Below, in pieces: positions 20,062 to 29,441 of a DNA stretch of 64,000 nucleotides. Source of the stretch: a virus (Duplodnaviria; Caudoviricetes); the IMG/VR virus record IMGVR_UViG_3300032285_001531. One strand, given 5' to 3'. A program made the translations under genes and the position numbers. Numbering within the stretch: the stretch's first letter is position 1; each line of letters begins with the position of its first letter. The notes under the pieces are model-generated. The model made no database searches. It was not told the DNA's origin and was given only the letters and a program-made list of their open reading frames with translations.

Positions 20062-20526
20062 TTAATTGAGTTGGGAGAGTTGTTGCTGTTTTGCTAATTT
20101 TACTGTTTCTGTTAATAGTTTATCAAGCCTTTCATCTACATCTAATTCCCAAGGAGAATTCTTGTATTCATGATAATCTAAATTTTCAGGAAGTGTATTA
20201 TGATATGGGATGCCTCGCCAATAATATGTCCCATTATTTTTTATATCTAACATATTAGTATGTCGTTGACTAGCATGTATCAACTCATGCACTAATATTT
20301 CAGGGATACGTTCTAATGGAAGCTTACTGTTTAGACCTAATCTATTCGGGGTATGCTTATCTAATCCACCATATACATTATCAGGTAAATCATATATACA
20401 AACTTCAACAGTTTCAGGCAAAGGTATCAATGTGGAAAGTGCATGAGATAATGATTTAATCATAGTCTCACGCACTAGTCTGTATGTGTTTTTACTTTTA
20501 TCCTGATAGTAAAATTTTACTAGCAT
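20062..20526 (-). CDS. Zinc metallopeptidase-like protein
   Basis: HELIH HExxH motif, downstream PWE. Confidence 0.65.
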   Translation of the reverse strand: MLVKFYYQDKSKNTYRLVRETMIKSLSHALSTLIPLPETVEVCIYDLPDNVYGGLDKHTPNRLGLNSKLPLERIPEILVHELIHASQRHTNMLDIKNNGTYYWRGIPYHNTLPENLDYHEYKNSPWELDVDERLDKLLTETVKLAKQQQLSQLN

Positions 20527-20816
20527 TAATGAAGGGTTCTACTTTCTACAAAGTCAATATATTGTGATACTTGATCAATTAAATCTTCTTTGCTATACCC
20601 TAAATGTGATAATAAAGGTACTAATTCTATAAACATTCCAAAAGTGGCAGTTCCGTATATATAATTTTCATCTTCATTACCGTAGTCAAATTCTTGTAAA
20701 ACCGGCATTAATACGGTTTCAAGAAATTCACTTGCTTTCTTACCACTTTCTTCGTATTGCCATTCCTCATAAACTTCTTCTTCTATTTCTTCTATGACTT
20801 CAGTAGCTTTGCTCAT
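20526..20816 (-). CDS. Acidic hypothetical protein
   Basis: Operon coupling (TAATG). Confidence 0.55.
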   Translation of the reverse strand: MSKATEVIEEIEEEVYEEWQYEESGKKASEFLETVLMPVLQEFDYGNEDENYIYGTATFGMFIELVPLLSHLGYSKEDLIDQVSQYIDFVESRTLH

Positions 20817-20871
20817 GGTATTCTTTCATAGTTAGTTGGATCTTTTATATATCCATAAGTATTTATAGATA

Positions 20872-21699
20872 TTAAACTTGATTTATCATTTGAAGCGATT
20901 TTTCTACTATTATTTTTCTTTCTTGTTTAGTCCGTGCGCCCAATACAGTTAAACTATATAATTTATTTTCACAATTCACTAACATAGTTATACAAAATCC
21001 AGCAGCGTTTGTAAAACCCGTTTTGATTGTTATTATACCTTCTTTACCAAACATTGTGCTTGTTGGAGAAACAATAATGTTAATTAGTCTATTCTTTTTT
21101 ATTGCATGTACAGTCAATGGTTTTTCTGTTTGTGCAGCTTCACGGAAAACATCGTATTTACTAACCTCTGCAGTCAATGTTGCAATATCACTTAACGTGC
21201 TACTGTTGTTAGCATCAAGGCCAGTTGGTTCATAAAATACAGTATTAAACATACCCAATGATCTAGCATTAGTATTCATGTCTCCGATGAAGTTATTGAA
21301 TCCACCCTTACCATTTTCTGCTAACGTAATAGCTGCTAAATTATCACTGTGTATCAGAGCTAATTTTACTAAATCCATCCTAGTCAGTGCCATACCCTTA
21401 TTTAATCTTGTATGATTTACTGGGCTATGTGTTACTGTTAACACCTCATACATATTCTCGTCATTCTTCATAACAGTATAAACTGTCATTAATTTACTTA
21501 TGCTGGCGATGCTCAATTTTTGATTATCATAGCTGCTGTTTACAACTGAATTATCAGTCAGATTAACCAACAGATAGTTAGCATGGGTGTGGATAACAGA
21601 ATGAACCTGTTTTTTCTGTACATGCTTTTTATGTCTTGCGTATGCTGTGTCCACTAATCCTAAGGACAATAGTAGCATCAATATAATTATTTTTCTCAT
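20872..21699 (-). CDS. D-Ala-D-Ala endo/carboxypeptidase, S11 family (PBP7/PbpG-like)
   Basis: Signal peptide; SISK (SxxK), SDN (SxN), KTG motifs. Confidence 0.85.
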   Translation of the reverse strand: MRKIIILMLLLSLGLVDTAYARHKKHVQKKQVHSVIHTHANYLLVNLTDNSVVNSSYDNQKLSIASISKLMTVYTVMKNDENMYEVLTVTHSPVNHTRLNKGMALTRMDLVKLALIHSDNLAAITLAENGKGGFNNFIGDMNTNARSLGMFNTVFYEPTGLDANNSSTLSDIATLTAEVSKYDVFREAAQTEKPLTVHAIKKNRLINIIVSPTSTMFGKEGIITIKTGFTNAAGFCITMLVNCENKLYSLTVLGARTKQERKIIVEKSLQMINQV

Positions 21700-21776
21700 A
21701 TAGTATTTAACTTGCCTTCAACAGTATACAATATGCTACGTTAAAAAGCAAATTAGCGGGCTACCCCGAAACAGCC

Positions 21777-21805
21777 AAAAAAATAGACCCCGAAGGGTCT
21801 ATTTT
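21777..21805. terminator. Intrinsic terminator hairpin
   Basis: AAATAGACCC-CGAA-GGGTCTATTTT with A/T tracts on both sides. Confidence 0.75.
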
Positions 21806-22382
21806 ACATAAAAACTCCAGTGTTTTTGCGGAATCCTACAGTACCACCTTCTTCCTTTATCATTTCAAACACTTTTTCAAGTAAAATGGGTCTAAAGTCA
21901 GTTCTCTCTACACAAACGTTAAAATAACTCGGATTAACGATTTTTTCACTCAAATACGTGTCTAACATCATTACACGCTTTTCATGCAAATGGCCATGAA
22001 TATTAGTACCAAATCTATACAGATTAGATTCATGTACTGGAATATGACTCAGTATCATACCGTTCATTACGTGATAGCTACGAATATCTCTAAAGTACTT
22101 GGTATAGTCCTCTAGCTTGAAGATGTCATGGTTACCTTTAATCAATACCTTATCTCCATTTAATCTATCCAGTACTGATAATGCTTTGCGATTTATAACC
22201 ACATCACCTAAATGATATACTTTATCATTAGGACGAACTGTTTCATTCCAACGCTTAATCATTTCCTCATCCATCTCATTAGGATCATCCCATGGACGTA
22301 GTTTTGTACCATCCTCACGTAGAAACTTACAAACGCCAGCATGACCAAAATGCGTGTCGCTTACTAAAAATGTTGCTGGCAT
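21804..22382 (-). CDS. Calcineurin-like metallophosphoesterase
   Basis: SDTHFGH, HLGD, GNHD, HGHLH motifs. Confidence 0.85.
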   Translation of the reverse strand: MPATFLVSDTHFGHAGVCKFLREDGTKLRPWDDPNEMDEEMIKRWNETVRPNDKVYHLGDVVINRKALSVLDRLNGDKVLIKGNHDIFKLEDYTKYFRDIRSYHVMNGMILSHIPVHESNLYRFGTNIHGHLHEKRVMMLDTYLSEKIVNPSYFNVCVERTDFRPILLEKVFEMIKEEGGTVGFRKNTGVFM

Positions 22383-22384
22383 AC

Positions 22385-22600
22385 TTATCTCCTTTTCTTC
22401 CAATCATAATCTGAACCTGTTTCTGCTACACCTAACTTAGTAACACTGTCAGGATTATCAGAAGCCATGCATACAAAGGTACGATTATGTGTATTACGTA
22501 ATTCTTGCATCCAATTCAATGCTTCACGCATATCATTAAAATCTTGGTGTGTTGACTCACCACCTATATCAGTCCAATATACTTTAAATATAGTATTCAT
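22385..22600 (-). CDS. Hypothetical protein
   Basis: Directly after promoter. Confidence 0.55.
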   Translation of the reverse strand: MNTIFKVYWTDIGGESTHQDFNDMREALNWMQELRNTHNRTFVCMASDNPDSVTKLGVAETGSDYDWKKRR

Positions 22601-22606
22601 GTATAT

Positions 22607-22635
22607 ATCATATCACCAGTTGAATAGTGTGTCAA
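22607..22635 (-). promoter_or_regulatory. Sigma70 promoter
   Basis: TTGACA-17-TATGAT. Confidence 0.75.
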
Positions 22636-22637
22636 CC

Positions 22638-22667
22638 AAAAAAAAAGTTACTCTTAAGTAACTTTTT
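22638..22667. terminator. Intrinsic terminator downstream of ppiC
   Basis: AAAAAGTTAC-TCTTAA-GTAACTTTTT. Confidence 0.6.
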
Positions 22668-22684
22668 CTGTTCTGCCGCAGAAT

Positions 22685-22954
22685 TTAAGCAGTGCGTTGA
22701 ATCAAATGATATCCAAACTGTGTTTGAACAGGATGACTTAAATCACCTACTTGCAAACTGAATGTAGCATCTTCAAATGGTTTAACCATTTGACCAGGAC
22801 CAAATGCACCTAAATCACCACCGTTTTGACCACTTGGGCATTTGCTATTTGTTCTTGCAACTGCTGAAAACTCAGCACCTGATTTAATTTGTTCACGTAA
22901 TTCATTTGCCTTCTCAAGGCTTTCTACTAAAATGTGACTTGCACGTACTTGCAT
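22685..22954 (-). CDS. ppiC: Parvulin peptidyl-prolyl isomerase
   Basis: RASHILV, SKCPSGQNGGDLG.F..GQMVKPFE, VQTQFGYHLI. Confidence 0.92.
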   Translation of the reverse strand: MQVRASHILVESLEKANELREQIKSGAEFSAVARTNSKCPSGQNGGDLGAFGPGQMVKPFEDATFSLQVGDLSHPVQTQFGYHLIQRTA

Positions 22955-23034
22955 GATTTTCCTTTATAAGTTAAATAGGCTATATGGTGAAGCCAATTAC
23001 CCCCTTTAGTAATGCAGAAGGGACTGCAGGATAC

Positions 23035-23112
23035 TGGAGCAACGGGTGTGATTTGAACACACGGTTTTACAGATTTGCAATCTGCTGCATTGGGCCGCTC
23101 TGCCACCGTTGC
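23035..23112 (-). tRNA. tRNA-Cys(GCA)
   Basis: Cloverleaf, anticodon loop TTGCAAA, U73, encoded CCA. Confidence 0.9.
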
Positions 23113-23113
23113 A

Positions 23114-23329
23114 TTAAAGCTTTTTGTATTCGTGTGGATACGTCAATACAAATAGAGTATAATCTTTATCATCTAAAAATTCAATGATTCTTTTACTATT
23201 ATCTACAAATTTGTAATTAATGATATTGTATTGTTTAGCCCAATTGCAAAATTTTTTATATCTATCATTTGCTTTATGAGGCATGCCTGCTAATGGGCCT
23301 GTTACTGAACATATTTCTACAAGTATCAT
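23114..23329 (-). CDS. Hypothetical protein
   Basis: ORF filling the gap between tRNAs. Confidence 0.5.
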   Translation of the reverse strand: MILVEICSVTGPLAGMPHKANDRYKKFCNWAKQYNIINYKFVDNSKRIIEFLDDKDYTLFVLTYPHEYKKL

Positions 23330-23336
23330 AATTGTT

Positions 23337-23410
23337 TGGCTCCGGTTGAGGGAATCGAACCCCCACTAATGGTTTTGGAGACCATCGCACTGCCATTATA
23401 CTAAACCGGA
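23337..23410 (-). tRNA. tRNA-Trp(CCA)
   Basis: Anticodon loop CTCCAAA, GTTCGATT T-loop, CCA end. Confidence 0.92.
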
Positions 23411-23415
23411 ATATG

Positions 23416-23616
23416 TTATCTTATTTTGTTTAGGTATTCTCTACCTATGTGACCTTCTTCGATTTCTCTTAATGCTGTTACTGTAGTTTTATCTTTAGTA
23501 ACAATTTTAGGTGCATGACCACTTTTCAATTCACGTGCCCTCACACTTGCAATTAAAATTAAATCATAAAGACCGCCTGCCGCCTTAGCAGCTAATTCAC
23601 TTGTTCTGCCTTTCAT
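23416..23616 (-). CDS. rpoZ: RNA polymerase omega subunit (short)
   Basis: YDLILIASVRAREL..G and K.TVTALREIEEG. Confidence 0.85.
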   Translation of the reverse strand: MKGRTSELAAKAAGGLYDLILIASVRARELKSGHAPKIVTKDKTTVTALREIEEGHIGREYLNKIR

Positions 23617-23636
23617 TGTATTCCCTTTATGTTTAG

Positions 23637-23708
23637 TGGGTGATTAGAGGGTCGAACTCCCGACATTCGCCGTGTAAAGGCGCTACTCTACCACTGAGTT
23701 AATCACCC
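23637..23708 (-). tRNA. tRNA-Val(TAC)
   Basis: Anticodon loop TTTACAC; 3' end reads ACTA rather than ACCA. Confidence 0.9.
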
Positions 23709-23714
23709 AGTTGA

Positions 23715-23891
23715 CTACACTCTTTCAATACGAATTGACATTGATTCATCTAAATTTAAACTTGCAGGAATAAGTCCTGCTTCTTTATCAGCGAATACAA
23801 GGTCAGTAATTGCTTTAGGATTATAACTAGTTACATTTCCTAAATCAATCGTTTTGTATAATGTGTCGTTTATGTATACGTTTACTTTCAT
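23715..23891 (-). CDS. Small hypothetical protein (58 aa, not in ORF track)
   Basis: MKVNVYINDTLYKTIDLG...; fills the gap between tRNAs. Confidence 0.5.
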   Translation of the reverse strand: MKVNVYINDTLYKTIDLGNVTSYNPKAITDLVFADKEAGLIPASLNLDESMSIRIERV

Positions 23892-23907
23892 ACATCTATT
23901 TATTAAT

Positions 23908-23991
23908 TGGTGCGTAAGGAGAGACTCGAACTCTCAATCCTTTCGGCACTGGCTTCTAAGACCAGCGTGTATACCATTCCACCACTTACGC
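23908..23991 (-). tRNA. tRNA-Leu(TAG)
   Basis: Anticodon loop CTTAGAA, long variable arm, CCA. Confidence 0.92.
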
Positions 23992-23998
23992 ATTAATA

Positions 23999-24082
23999 TG
24001 GTACGAGAAGAGGGACTTGAACCCTCAATCCTTTCGGCGCAAGATTTTAAGTCTTGTGTGTATACCATTCCACCATTCTCGC
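23999..24082 (-). tRNA. tRNA-Leu(TAA)
   Basis: Anticodon loop CTTAAAA, long variable arm, CCA. Confidence 0.92.
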
Positions 24083-24087
24083 ATTAC

Positions 24088-24161
24088 TGGAGCGGAGTGA
24101 GAGAATCGAACTCTCAACTAGAGCTTGGAAGGCTTTCGTTTTACCATTAAACTAACCCCGC
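24088..24161 (-). tRNA. tRNA-Gly(TCC)
   Basis: Anticodon loop CTTCCAA, U73, CCA. Confidence 0.92.
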
Positions 24162-24171
24162 ATTTACTACT

Positions 24172-24238
<67 letters not shown>

Positions 24239-24248
<10 letters not shown>

Positions 24249-24478
24249 CAATCATCTTCTTCATCTACACCATTGATAAAATCTTGTAACTTCTGCTTTG
24301 CTTCTTTTCTGCTTAATGCAGGTAGTGTAACAGTAGCAATACAATTTTTAATCTTTATATCAAACGGTACAACACCATGCGGCAGCCAGCCTTCTTCAAC
24401 CGGTACACTTACTGTGTACGATTTAAGTTTCATTATCCTATCAAGTATCTGTTTAGTAATATCCGCTGGATGTGGCAT
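24239..24478 (-). CDS. Hypothetical protein
   Basis: ORF between tRNAs. Confidence 0.5.
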
Positions 24479-24488
24479 AGTTGTTGAA

Positions 24489-24562
24489 TGGTGCCCCTTG
24501 ACAGAATCGAACTGCCAATTGATGATTACAAATCAACTGTTATACCATTTAACTAAAAGGGC
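24489..24562 (-). tRNA. tRNA-Thr(TGT)
   Basis: Loop TTTGTAA, CCA. Confidence 0.9.
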
Positions 24563-24569
24563 GTTTTAA

Positions 24570-24731
24570 CTACTTAGTCTTACTTTCTATAGCACGTTTA
24601 ATTTTCATAACATGCTTAGGTCTTGCTGATTCTAAAAGTTTAGTTAACTGCTCTACGTTAAGAGGACCTAATCTAGTTTTGCCTGTCTTAGTTTTCATTG
24701 GATCACGTTTACTATCTTTTTTTACTGCCAT
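24570..24731 (-). CDS. Small basic protein (53 aa, not in ORF track)
   Basis: MAVKKDSKRDPMKTKTGKTRLGPLNVEQL...; GAGGA RBS. Confidence 0.6.
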   Translation of the reverse strand: MAVKKDSKRDPMKTKTGKTRLGPLNVEQLTKLLESARPKHVMKIKRAIESKTK

Positions 24732-24750
24732 ATTTTCCTCTTTATGTTAA

Positions 24751-24845
24751 TGGCGAAGAGTATTGGATTCGAACCAATGAAGCAGATTTGTGTCCGCTTG
24801 CCTTCTTAGCAGGAAGGTGCCTTCGACCAACTCGGCCAACTCTCC
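24751..24845 (-). tRNA. tRNA-Ser(GCT)
   Basis: Loop CTGCTAA, long variable arm, G73, CCA. Confidence 0.9.
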
Positions 24846-24855
24846 GATACAACCT

Positions 24856-25077
24856 TTACTGCTTGTCCTCGTACTTCTCATTCAACTTATCTACACCGTG
24901 TGAGAATCTAAAATAACTCACTAGCATACTGTACATTGCATAAACAAGAAGTGCTATAGCAATCCATGTTATAGCTACTGGATTAATATAATATAGTACT
25001 GCATAACCACCTACTATCATAGCTAACAATGCAAGTATTGCCTTTACTTCTGGTTTCAAACTATTAAATTTGTTCAT
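24856..25077 (-). CDS. Small two-TM membrane protein
   Basis: AAGGA RBS; after promoter. Confidence 0.6.
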   Translation of the reverse strand: MNKFNSLKPEVKAILALLAMIVGGYAVLYYINPVAITWIAIALLVYAMYSMLVSYFRFSHGVDKLNEKYEDKQ

Positions 25078-25109
25078 ACATAGTCCTTTATAACGGTTTA
25101 AGAGATTTA

Positions 25110-25138
25110 ATTATATAATAAGTGCAGAGTAATGTCAA
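25110..25138 (-). promoter_or_regulatory. Sigma70 promoter (perfect consensus)
   Basis: TTGACA-17-TATAAT. Confidence 0.85.
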
Positions 25139-25142
25139 ACAC

Positions 25143-26306
25143 TTAAATTCTGACTTTATCCAAAAATCTATGCATTCCTTCTAATACGGGTATCCAATCA
25201 CCATATGTTGCTTGTCTGAATATTCTAGCAGTTGGATACCATGGACTTAATCCAGTATTAAGTAGATATCTCCAATCAACTGCAAATGCATTCAATGGTA
25301 TCCATAAGTCTTTACCCATTGCACCTGCTAAATGTGCAATTGCTGTATCTACACTGATTATCATATCCATATTCGCTACAACTGCTGCTGTATCGCCCCA
25401 ATGTCTAATATGACCAGGAAATCTTAAGAATGCATTACTATTTTCTATTAATTGCATTTCTTGTTGACTTGCATCAGCCTGTAAACTAACCCATTCAATA
25501 TCAGGATTAAGTTGTGCTAACTGAATCATTAATTCTACTGGCATTGCTTTATGTTGATTGATCCAACTATCTTTACGACCACTCCAACATACACCAATAC
25601 GCATTTTAGTTTTAGGCCCTAATGCAACTCGCCATTGTTCAACTAAATTAGGATCAGCTTGAATATATCCTATCTCTTTTGGCAATGTATCATAAGTTAC
25701 TCCTAATACTCTAGGAACACTCATAGTCATTACCCAATAATCAAATTCACCTGCATCATTGATATCAGTAATAACTCTATTAATATTAGGATCACGTTCA
25801 AATAACTCTTGCATACCCTGATGTGTATGGAAAATTACTTTTGCACCAAGTGCAGTTAAGTATTTTAAAAAACGATAGAATTGAATTGTATCACCTAAAC
25901 CTTGTTCCCAACATACTAAGATAGTTTTACCTGTTAAATCTTCACCATTCCATTCAGGCTGAGAAAATTTATATTTTGTATCTGCTAGATGTTCATATTG
26001 CCAACGCCATTCATATTGTTCAAGACCACGCTTTAAGTCTCCCATTAACATATATGCTACTGATAGATTAAACTGTGCTGTTATATAGTCAGGCACTAAT
26101 GCACATGCATGTTGTAAGAAAGGTATTGCACGTGCAGGATATCCCATTTCACGTAATACATTTCCATAATTATTCCATGCATGAGGGTTTGTTGGGTCTT
26201 TGACAAAGGCTTGAGCATAACATTCTAATGCTTTATCAGGCTGCGTTGAATTACGATATTCATTGCCCTGTTCAATTAAATCATTTACGTCTACTATATC
26301 TGTCAT
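25143..26306 (-). CDS. TPR-repeat protein fused to GT9-like glycosyltransferase
   Basis: N-terminal TPRs (AWNNYGNVL); WEQGLGDTIQF; ISVDTAIAHLAGAMG. Confidence 0.85.
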   Translation of the reverse strand: MTDIVDVNDLIEQGNEYRNSTQPDKALECYAQAFVKDPTNPHAWNNYGNVLREMGYPARAIPFLQHACALVPDYITAQFNLSVAYMLMGDLKRGLEQYEWRWQYEHLADTKYKFSQPEWNGEDLTGKTILVCWEQGLGDTIQFYRFLKYLTALGAKVIFHTHQGMQELFERDPNINRVITDINDAGEFDYWVMTMSVPRVLGVTYDTLPKEIGYIQADPNLVEQWRVALGPKTKMRIGVCWSGRKDSWINQHKAMPVELMIQLAQLNPDIEWVSLQADASQQEMQLIENSNAFLRFPGHIRHWGDTAAVVANMDMIISVDTAIAHLAGAMGKDLWIPLNAFAVDWRYLLNTGLSPWYPTARIFRQATYGDWIPVLEGMHRFLDKVRI

Positions 26307-26322
26307 TATATCACTCGTTGTT

Positions 26323-26410
26323 TGGCGGAAGCGGTGAGATTCGAACTCACGGACCCTTTCGAGCCTCTAGCTTTCAAGGCTAGTGTAATCGGCCACTCTA
26401 CCACACTTCC
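26323..26410 (-). tRNA. tRNA-Ser(TGA)
   Basis: Loop CTTGAAA, long variable arm, CCA. Confidence 0.92.
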
Positions 26411-26650
26411 TTATTTTCTATTCCTAAGTTTCATTCCTACATATGTACCACAAAATGCACCTATACATGCAGGTATTAATAACATATGATCGGCGGTATA
26501 TTCAATCACAGCTAAACTACCAATTAACCATACAATAGCACCCCAAAGACTAGCTGTTAGGGCGGCATTTTCACTGATAGCTTTTAAATAGTATGTATAG
26601 AATATATCTACTACAAACACTGCAAGAAAGGTAGTTAGGTAACTTATCAT
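26411..26650 (-). CDS. Small three-TM membrane protein
   Basis: Start refined to MISYLT; hydrophobic. Confidence 0.6.
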   Translation of the reverse strand: MISYLTTFLAVFVVDIFYTYYLKAISENAALTASLWGAIVWLIGSLAVIEYTADHMLLIPACIGAFCGTYVGMKLRNRK

Positions 26651-26666
26651 TGTTAAGGTATAATTG

Positions 26667-26689
26667 AAGCGGGTGATAATCACCCGCTT
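26667..26689 (-). terminator. Hairpin downstream of dnaK
   Basis: AAGCGGGTGAT/ATCACCCGCTT inverted repeat. Confidence 0.6.
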
Positions 26690-26695
26690 TGATGC

Positions 26696-28588
26696 TTAAT
26701 TTGCTTCTTTTACTTCGGCATCAACAACTGTTTCATCAGTTGGAGGACCATCTGGCATTTCTTTGTTGCGCTTCTCAGCTTCCCAAGCAATAGTTTTCTG
26801 CATCAACTCACCAATTTCTTTAACTGCTGCGTCCATGTCATCTTTACTATCGCCCTTTGCCGTCTCTTTATATTTACTTAGAGATTCAGTGATGGCTGTT
26901 TTTTCCTCAGCAGGAACATAATCACCTAAATTCTCAATTTGAGATTCAAGATGACCAATGCTACTATCTAAACTATTACGTGCACCAACAAGTTCAACAA
27001 TTTTCTTATCTTCTTCAGCATTCAATTCAGCATCTTTGACCATTTGATCAATCTCTTGCTCTGATAAGCCACTGTTTGCTTTGATTGTGATTTCTTTTTC
27101 TTTGTTGGTTTTCTTATCAACTGCTTTAACTGATAAGATACCATTCGCATCAATGTCAAATGTAACTTCAATTTGTGGTACTCCGCGTGGTGCTGGATCG
27201 ATACCTTCTAAATTGAATTCACCTAAACGTTTGTTACCACTTACAATCTCACGTTCACCTTGATAAACACTGATAGTAACTGATGGCTGATTGTTTTCTG
27301 CAGTAGAATAAACTTGACTGTACTTTGTAGGTATAGTTGTGTTCTTCTTAATCATCTTAGTCATAACACCACCCATTGTTTCAATGCCTAATGATAATGG
27401 AGTTACATCTAATAACAATACGTCTTTACGATCACCACCTAATACTGCACCTTGAATTGCTGCACCAACTGCAACGGCTTCATCAGGATTAACATCTTTA
27501 CGTGGAGCCTTACCGAATAGCTTCTCAACTTCTTCTTGCACCTTAGGCATACGTGTCATACCACCAACAAGAATAATCTCATCAATGTCACTTGCAGTAA
27601 CGCCTGCATCTTTCATTGCAACTTTACATGGCTCAATACTACGCTGAATTAAATCTTCTACTAATGATTCTAACTTAGCACGTGTGATCTTAACATTCAA
27701 ATGCTTAGGACCAGTTGCATCTGCAGTGATGTATGGTAAGTTAACATCAGTTTGTGTACTGTTAGATAGTTCAATCTTTGTACGTTCTGCTGCCTCTTTC
27801 AAACGTTGTAGTGCCATCATGTCTTTACTTAAATCAACACCTGAATCTTTTTTGAACTCAGCAATGATGTGATCCATTATTCTTTGGTCAAAATCTTCAC
27901 CGCCCAAGAATGTGTCACCGTTTGTGGAAAGTACTTCGAATTGTTTATCGCCATCCACATTATTGATGTCAATGATAGATATATCAAAAGTACCGCCACC
28001 AAGATCATAGACAGCAACTTTGCGGTCTGTTTTTTCATTCTTATCTACTCCATATGCCAATGCTGCTGCAGTTGGCTCATTAATAATACGCAATACTTCT
28101 AAGCCTGCAATTCTACCTGCATCCTTAGTTGCTTGACGTTGACTGTCATTAAAGTACGCTGGTACTGTAATAACTGCTTGTGTAACTTCTTCACCTAAGA
28201 AATCTTCTGCTGTCTTTTTCATCTTACGTAAAACTTCAGCACTTATTTGAGGTGGTGCATACTTCTTATCTTCTACTTGTACCCATGCATCACCGTTATC
28301 TGCTGCAACGATTTTATATGGAATCAAGTCAATATCTTTCTGTACTGCTTTCTCATCAAACTTACGTCCGATTAGTCGCTTAGCAGCATAGATTGTATTT
28401 TTTGGATTAGTTACAGCTTGACGTTTTGCTGGTGCACCAACAGTGATTTCACCGTTTTGCATATACGCAATAATACTAGGTGTAGTTCTTGCACCTTCGC
28501 TGTTCTCTAATACTTTTGGGGTTTTGCCATCTATGATAGCAACGCATGAATTGGTAGTACCTAGGTCGATACCTATAATCTTAGACAT
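26696..28588 (-). CDS. dnaK: Chaperone DnaK (Hsp70)
   Basis: [30 protein letters not shown]; full length; AAGGAG RBS. Confidence 0.98.
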   Translation of the reverse strand: MSKIIGIDLGTTNSCVAIIDGKTPKVLENSEGARTTPSIIAYMQNGEITVGAPAKRQAVTNPKNTIYAAKRLIGRKFDEKAVQKDIDLIPYKIVAADNGDAWVQVEDKKYAPPQISAEVLRKMKKTAEDFLGEEVTQAVITVPAYFNDSQRQATKDAGRIAGLEVLRIINEPTAAALAYGVDKNEKTDRKVAVYDLGGGTFDISIIDINNVDGDKQFEVLSTNGDTFLGGEDFDQRIMDHIIAEFKKDSGVDLSKDMMALQRLKEAAERTKIELSNSTQTDVNLPYITADATGPKHLNVKITRAKLESLVEDLIQRSIEPCKVAMKDAGVTASDIDEIILVGGMTRMPKVQEEVEKLFGKAPRKDVNPDEAVAVGAAIQGAVLGGDRKDVLLLDVTPLSLGIETMGGVMTKMIKKNTTIPTKYSQVYSTAENNQPSVTISVYQGEREIVSGNKRLGEFNLEGIDPAPRGVPQIEVTFDIDANGILSVKAVDKKTNKEKEITIKANSGLSEQEIDQMVKDAELNAEEDKKIVELVGARNSLDSSIGHLESQIENLGDYVPAEEKTAITESLSKYKETAKGDSKDDMDAAVKEIGELMQKTIAWEAEKRNKEMPDGPPTDETVVDAEVKEAN

Positions 28589-28692
28589 ATTTTTCTCCTT
28601 TAAATTAAGCAAGATTTTTTATCAGAAGCCCGTAAGGCGCATCTGAGACATGTATTTATACATGGGAAAATGTAAAATATCAATATATTTGG

Positions 28693-28768
28693 TGGTGCCC
28701 ATTGACGGATTCGAACCGCCGACCTACTGATTACTAATCAGTTGCTCTACCAACTGAGCTAAATGGGC
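28693..28768 (-). tRNA. tRNA-Thr(AGT), A34 anticodon
   Basis: Canonical 76-nt cloverleaf, GCCCATT/AATGGGC acceptor, loop TTAGTAA, CCA. Confidence 0.9.
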
Positions 28769-29373
28769 TACTTTTTCTTATAAATCTTTACGTCAATCTT
28801 TCCGCTGAAAGGAATAGATTTGACTAATGCAAAGTGCTTCTCTACTTCTTTAAAAACATTAAAATCATCATTGAACCAGATGACACTATTATCTGACCTA
28901 ACATCACCGGGAACTAATCTACCTTCAGCTTCGTTAAGCAATATAAAGTATCCATCTTTACGCATAGCATCAGCTATAGTTTCTATCTCTTTTACTGGGT
29001 GTTCTACATGCTGCAAAACGTATGCAGCTAAGCAAACATCAATTACTCCCTTACGGATGAATGAACTGCAGGTAACAAATTTATTAGAATCAGCAACATA
29101 CATTGTGGCCAACTTTAGCATGTCAATACTCATGTCTAACCCAATAACTTCACATTTGAATCTCTCAATCAATTGTTTGCTTACACGACCCATTCCGCAT
29201 CCAAAATCAAGTACAACTTTTTGATCAGATATGATATTTTCGTTAGCAATTATATTGACTAATTGATTGGTCTCATCCTCAAATTTATTAGGATTTGCAG
29301 GATCCGGGGTCAATACAATGTCTTTTGCATGTTGCATAGAAGCCGGAATAAATGTTTCGTATAAGTATTTCAT
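28768..29373 (-). CDS. Class I SAM-dependent methyltransferase
   Basis: VLDFGCGMGR motif I, GLDMS, YVLQH. Confidence 0.85.
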   Translation of the reverse strand: MKYLYETFIPASMQHAKDIVLTPDPANPNKFEDETNQLVNIIANENIISDQKVVLDFGCGMGRVSKQLIERFKCEVIGLDMSIDMLKLATMYVADSNKFVTCSSFIRKGVIDVCLAAYVLQHVEHPVKEIETIADAMRKDGYFILLNEAEGRLVPGDVRSDNSVIWFNDDFNVFKEVEKHFALVKSIPFSGKIDVKIYKKK

Positions 29374-29441
29374 AATCTTTATATATGTGTTTTAAGTTTG
29401 CCCGTTATTTTTCGGAGTATCTGACTGATAAATACTATATT

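Noticed and set aside
22985-22995. GGCTTCACCA on the minus strand resembles a tmRNA/tRNA 3' end
   Set aside because: No T-arm or matching acceptor 5' strand; only about 50 nt available before tRNA-Cys
23908-24082. Direct repeat (TATACCATTCCACCA and CAATCCTTTCGGC)
   Set aside because: Explained by two adjacent paralogous tRNA-Leu genes
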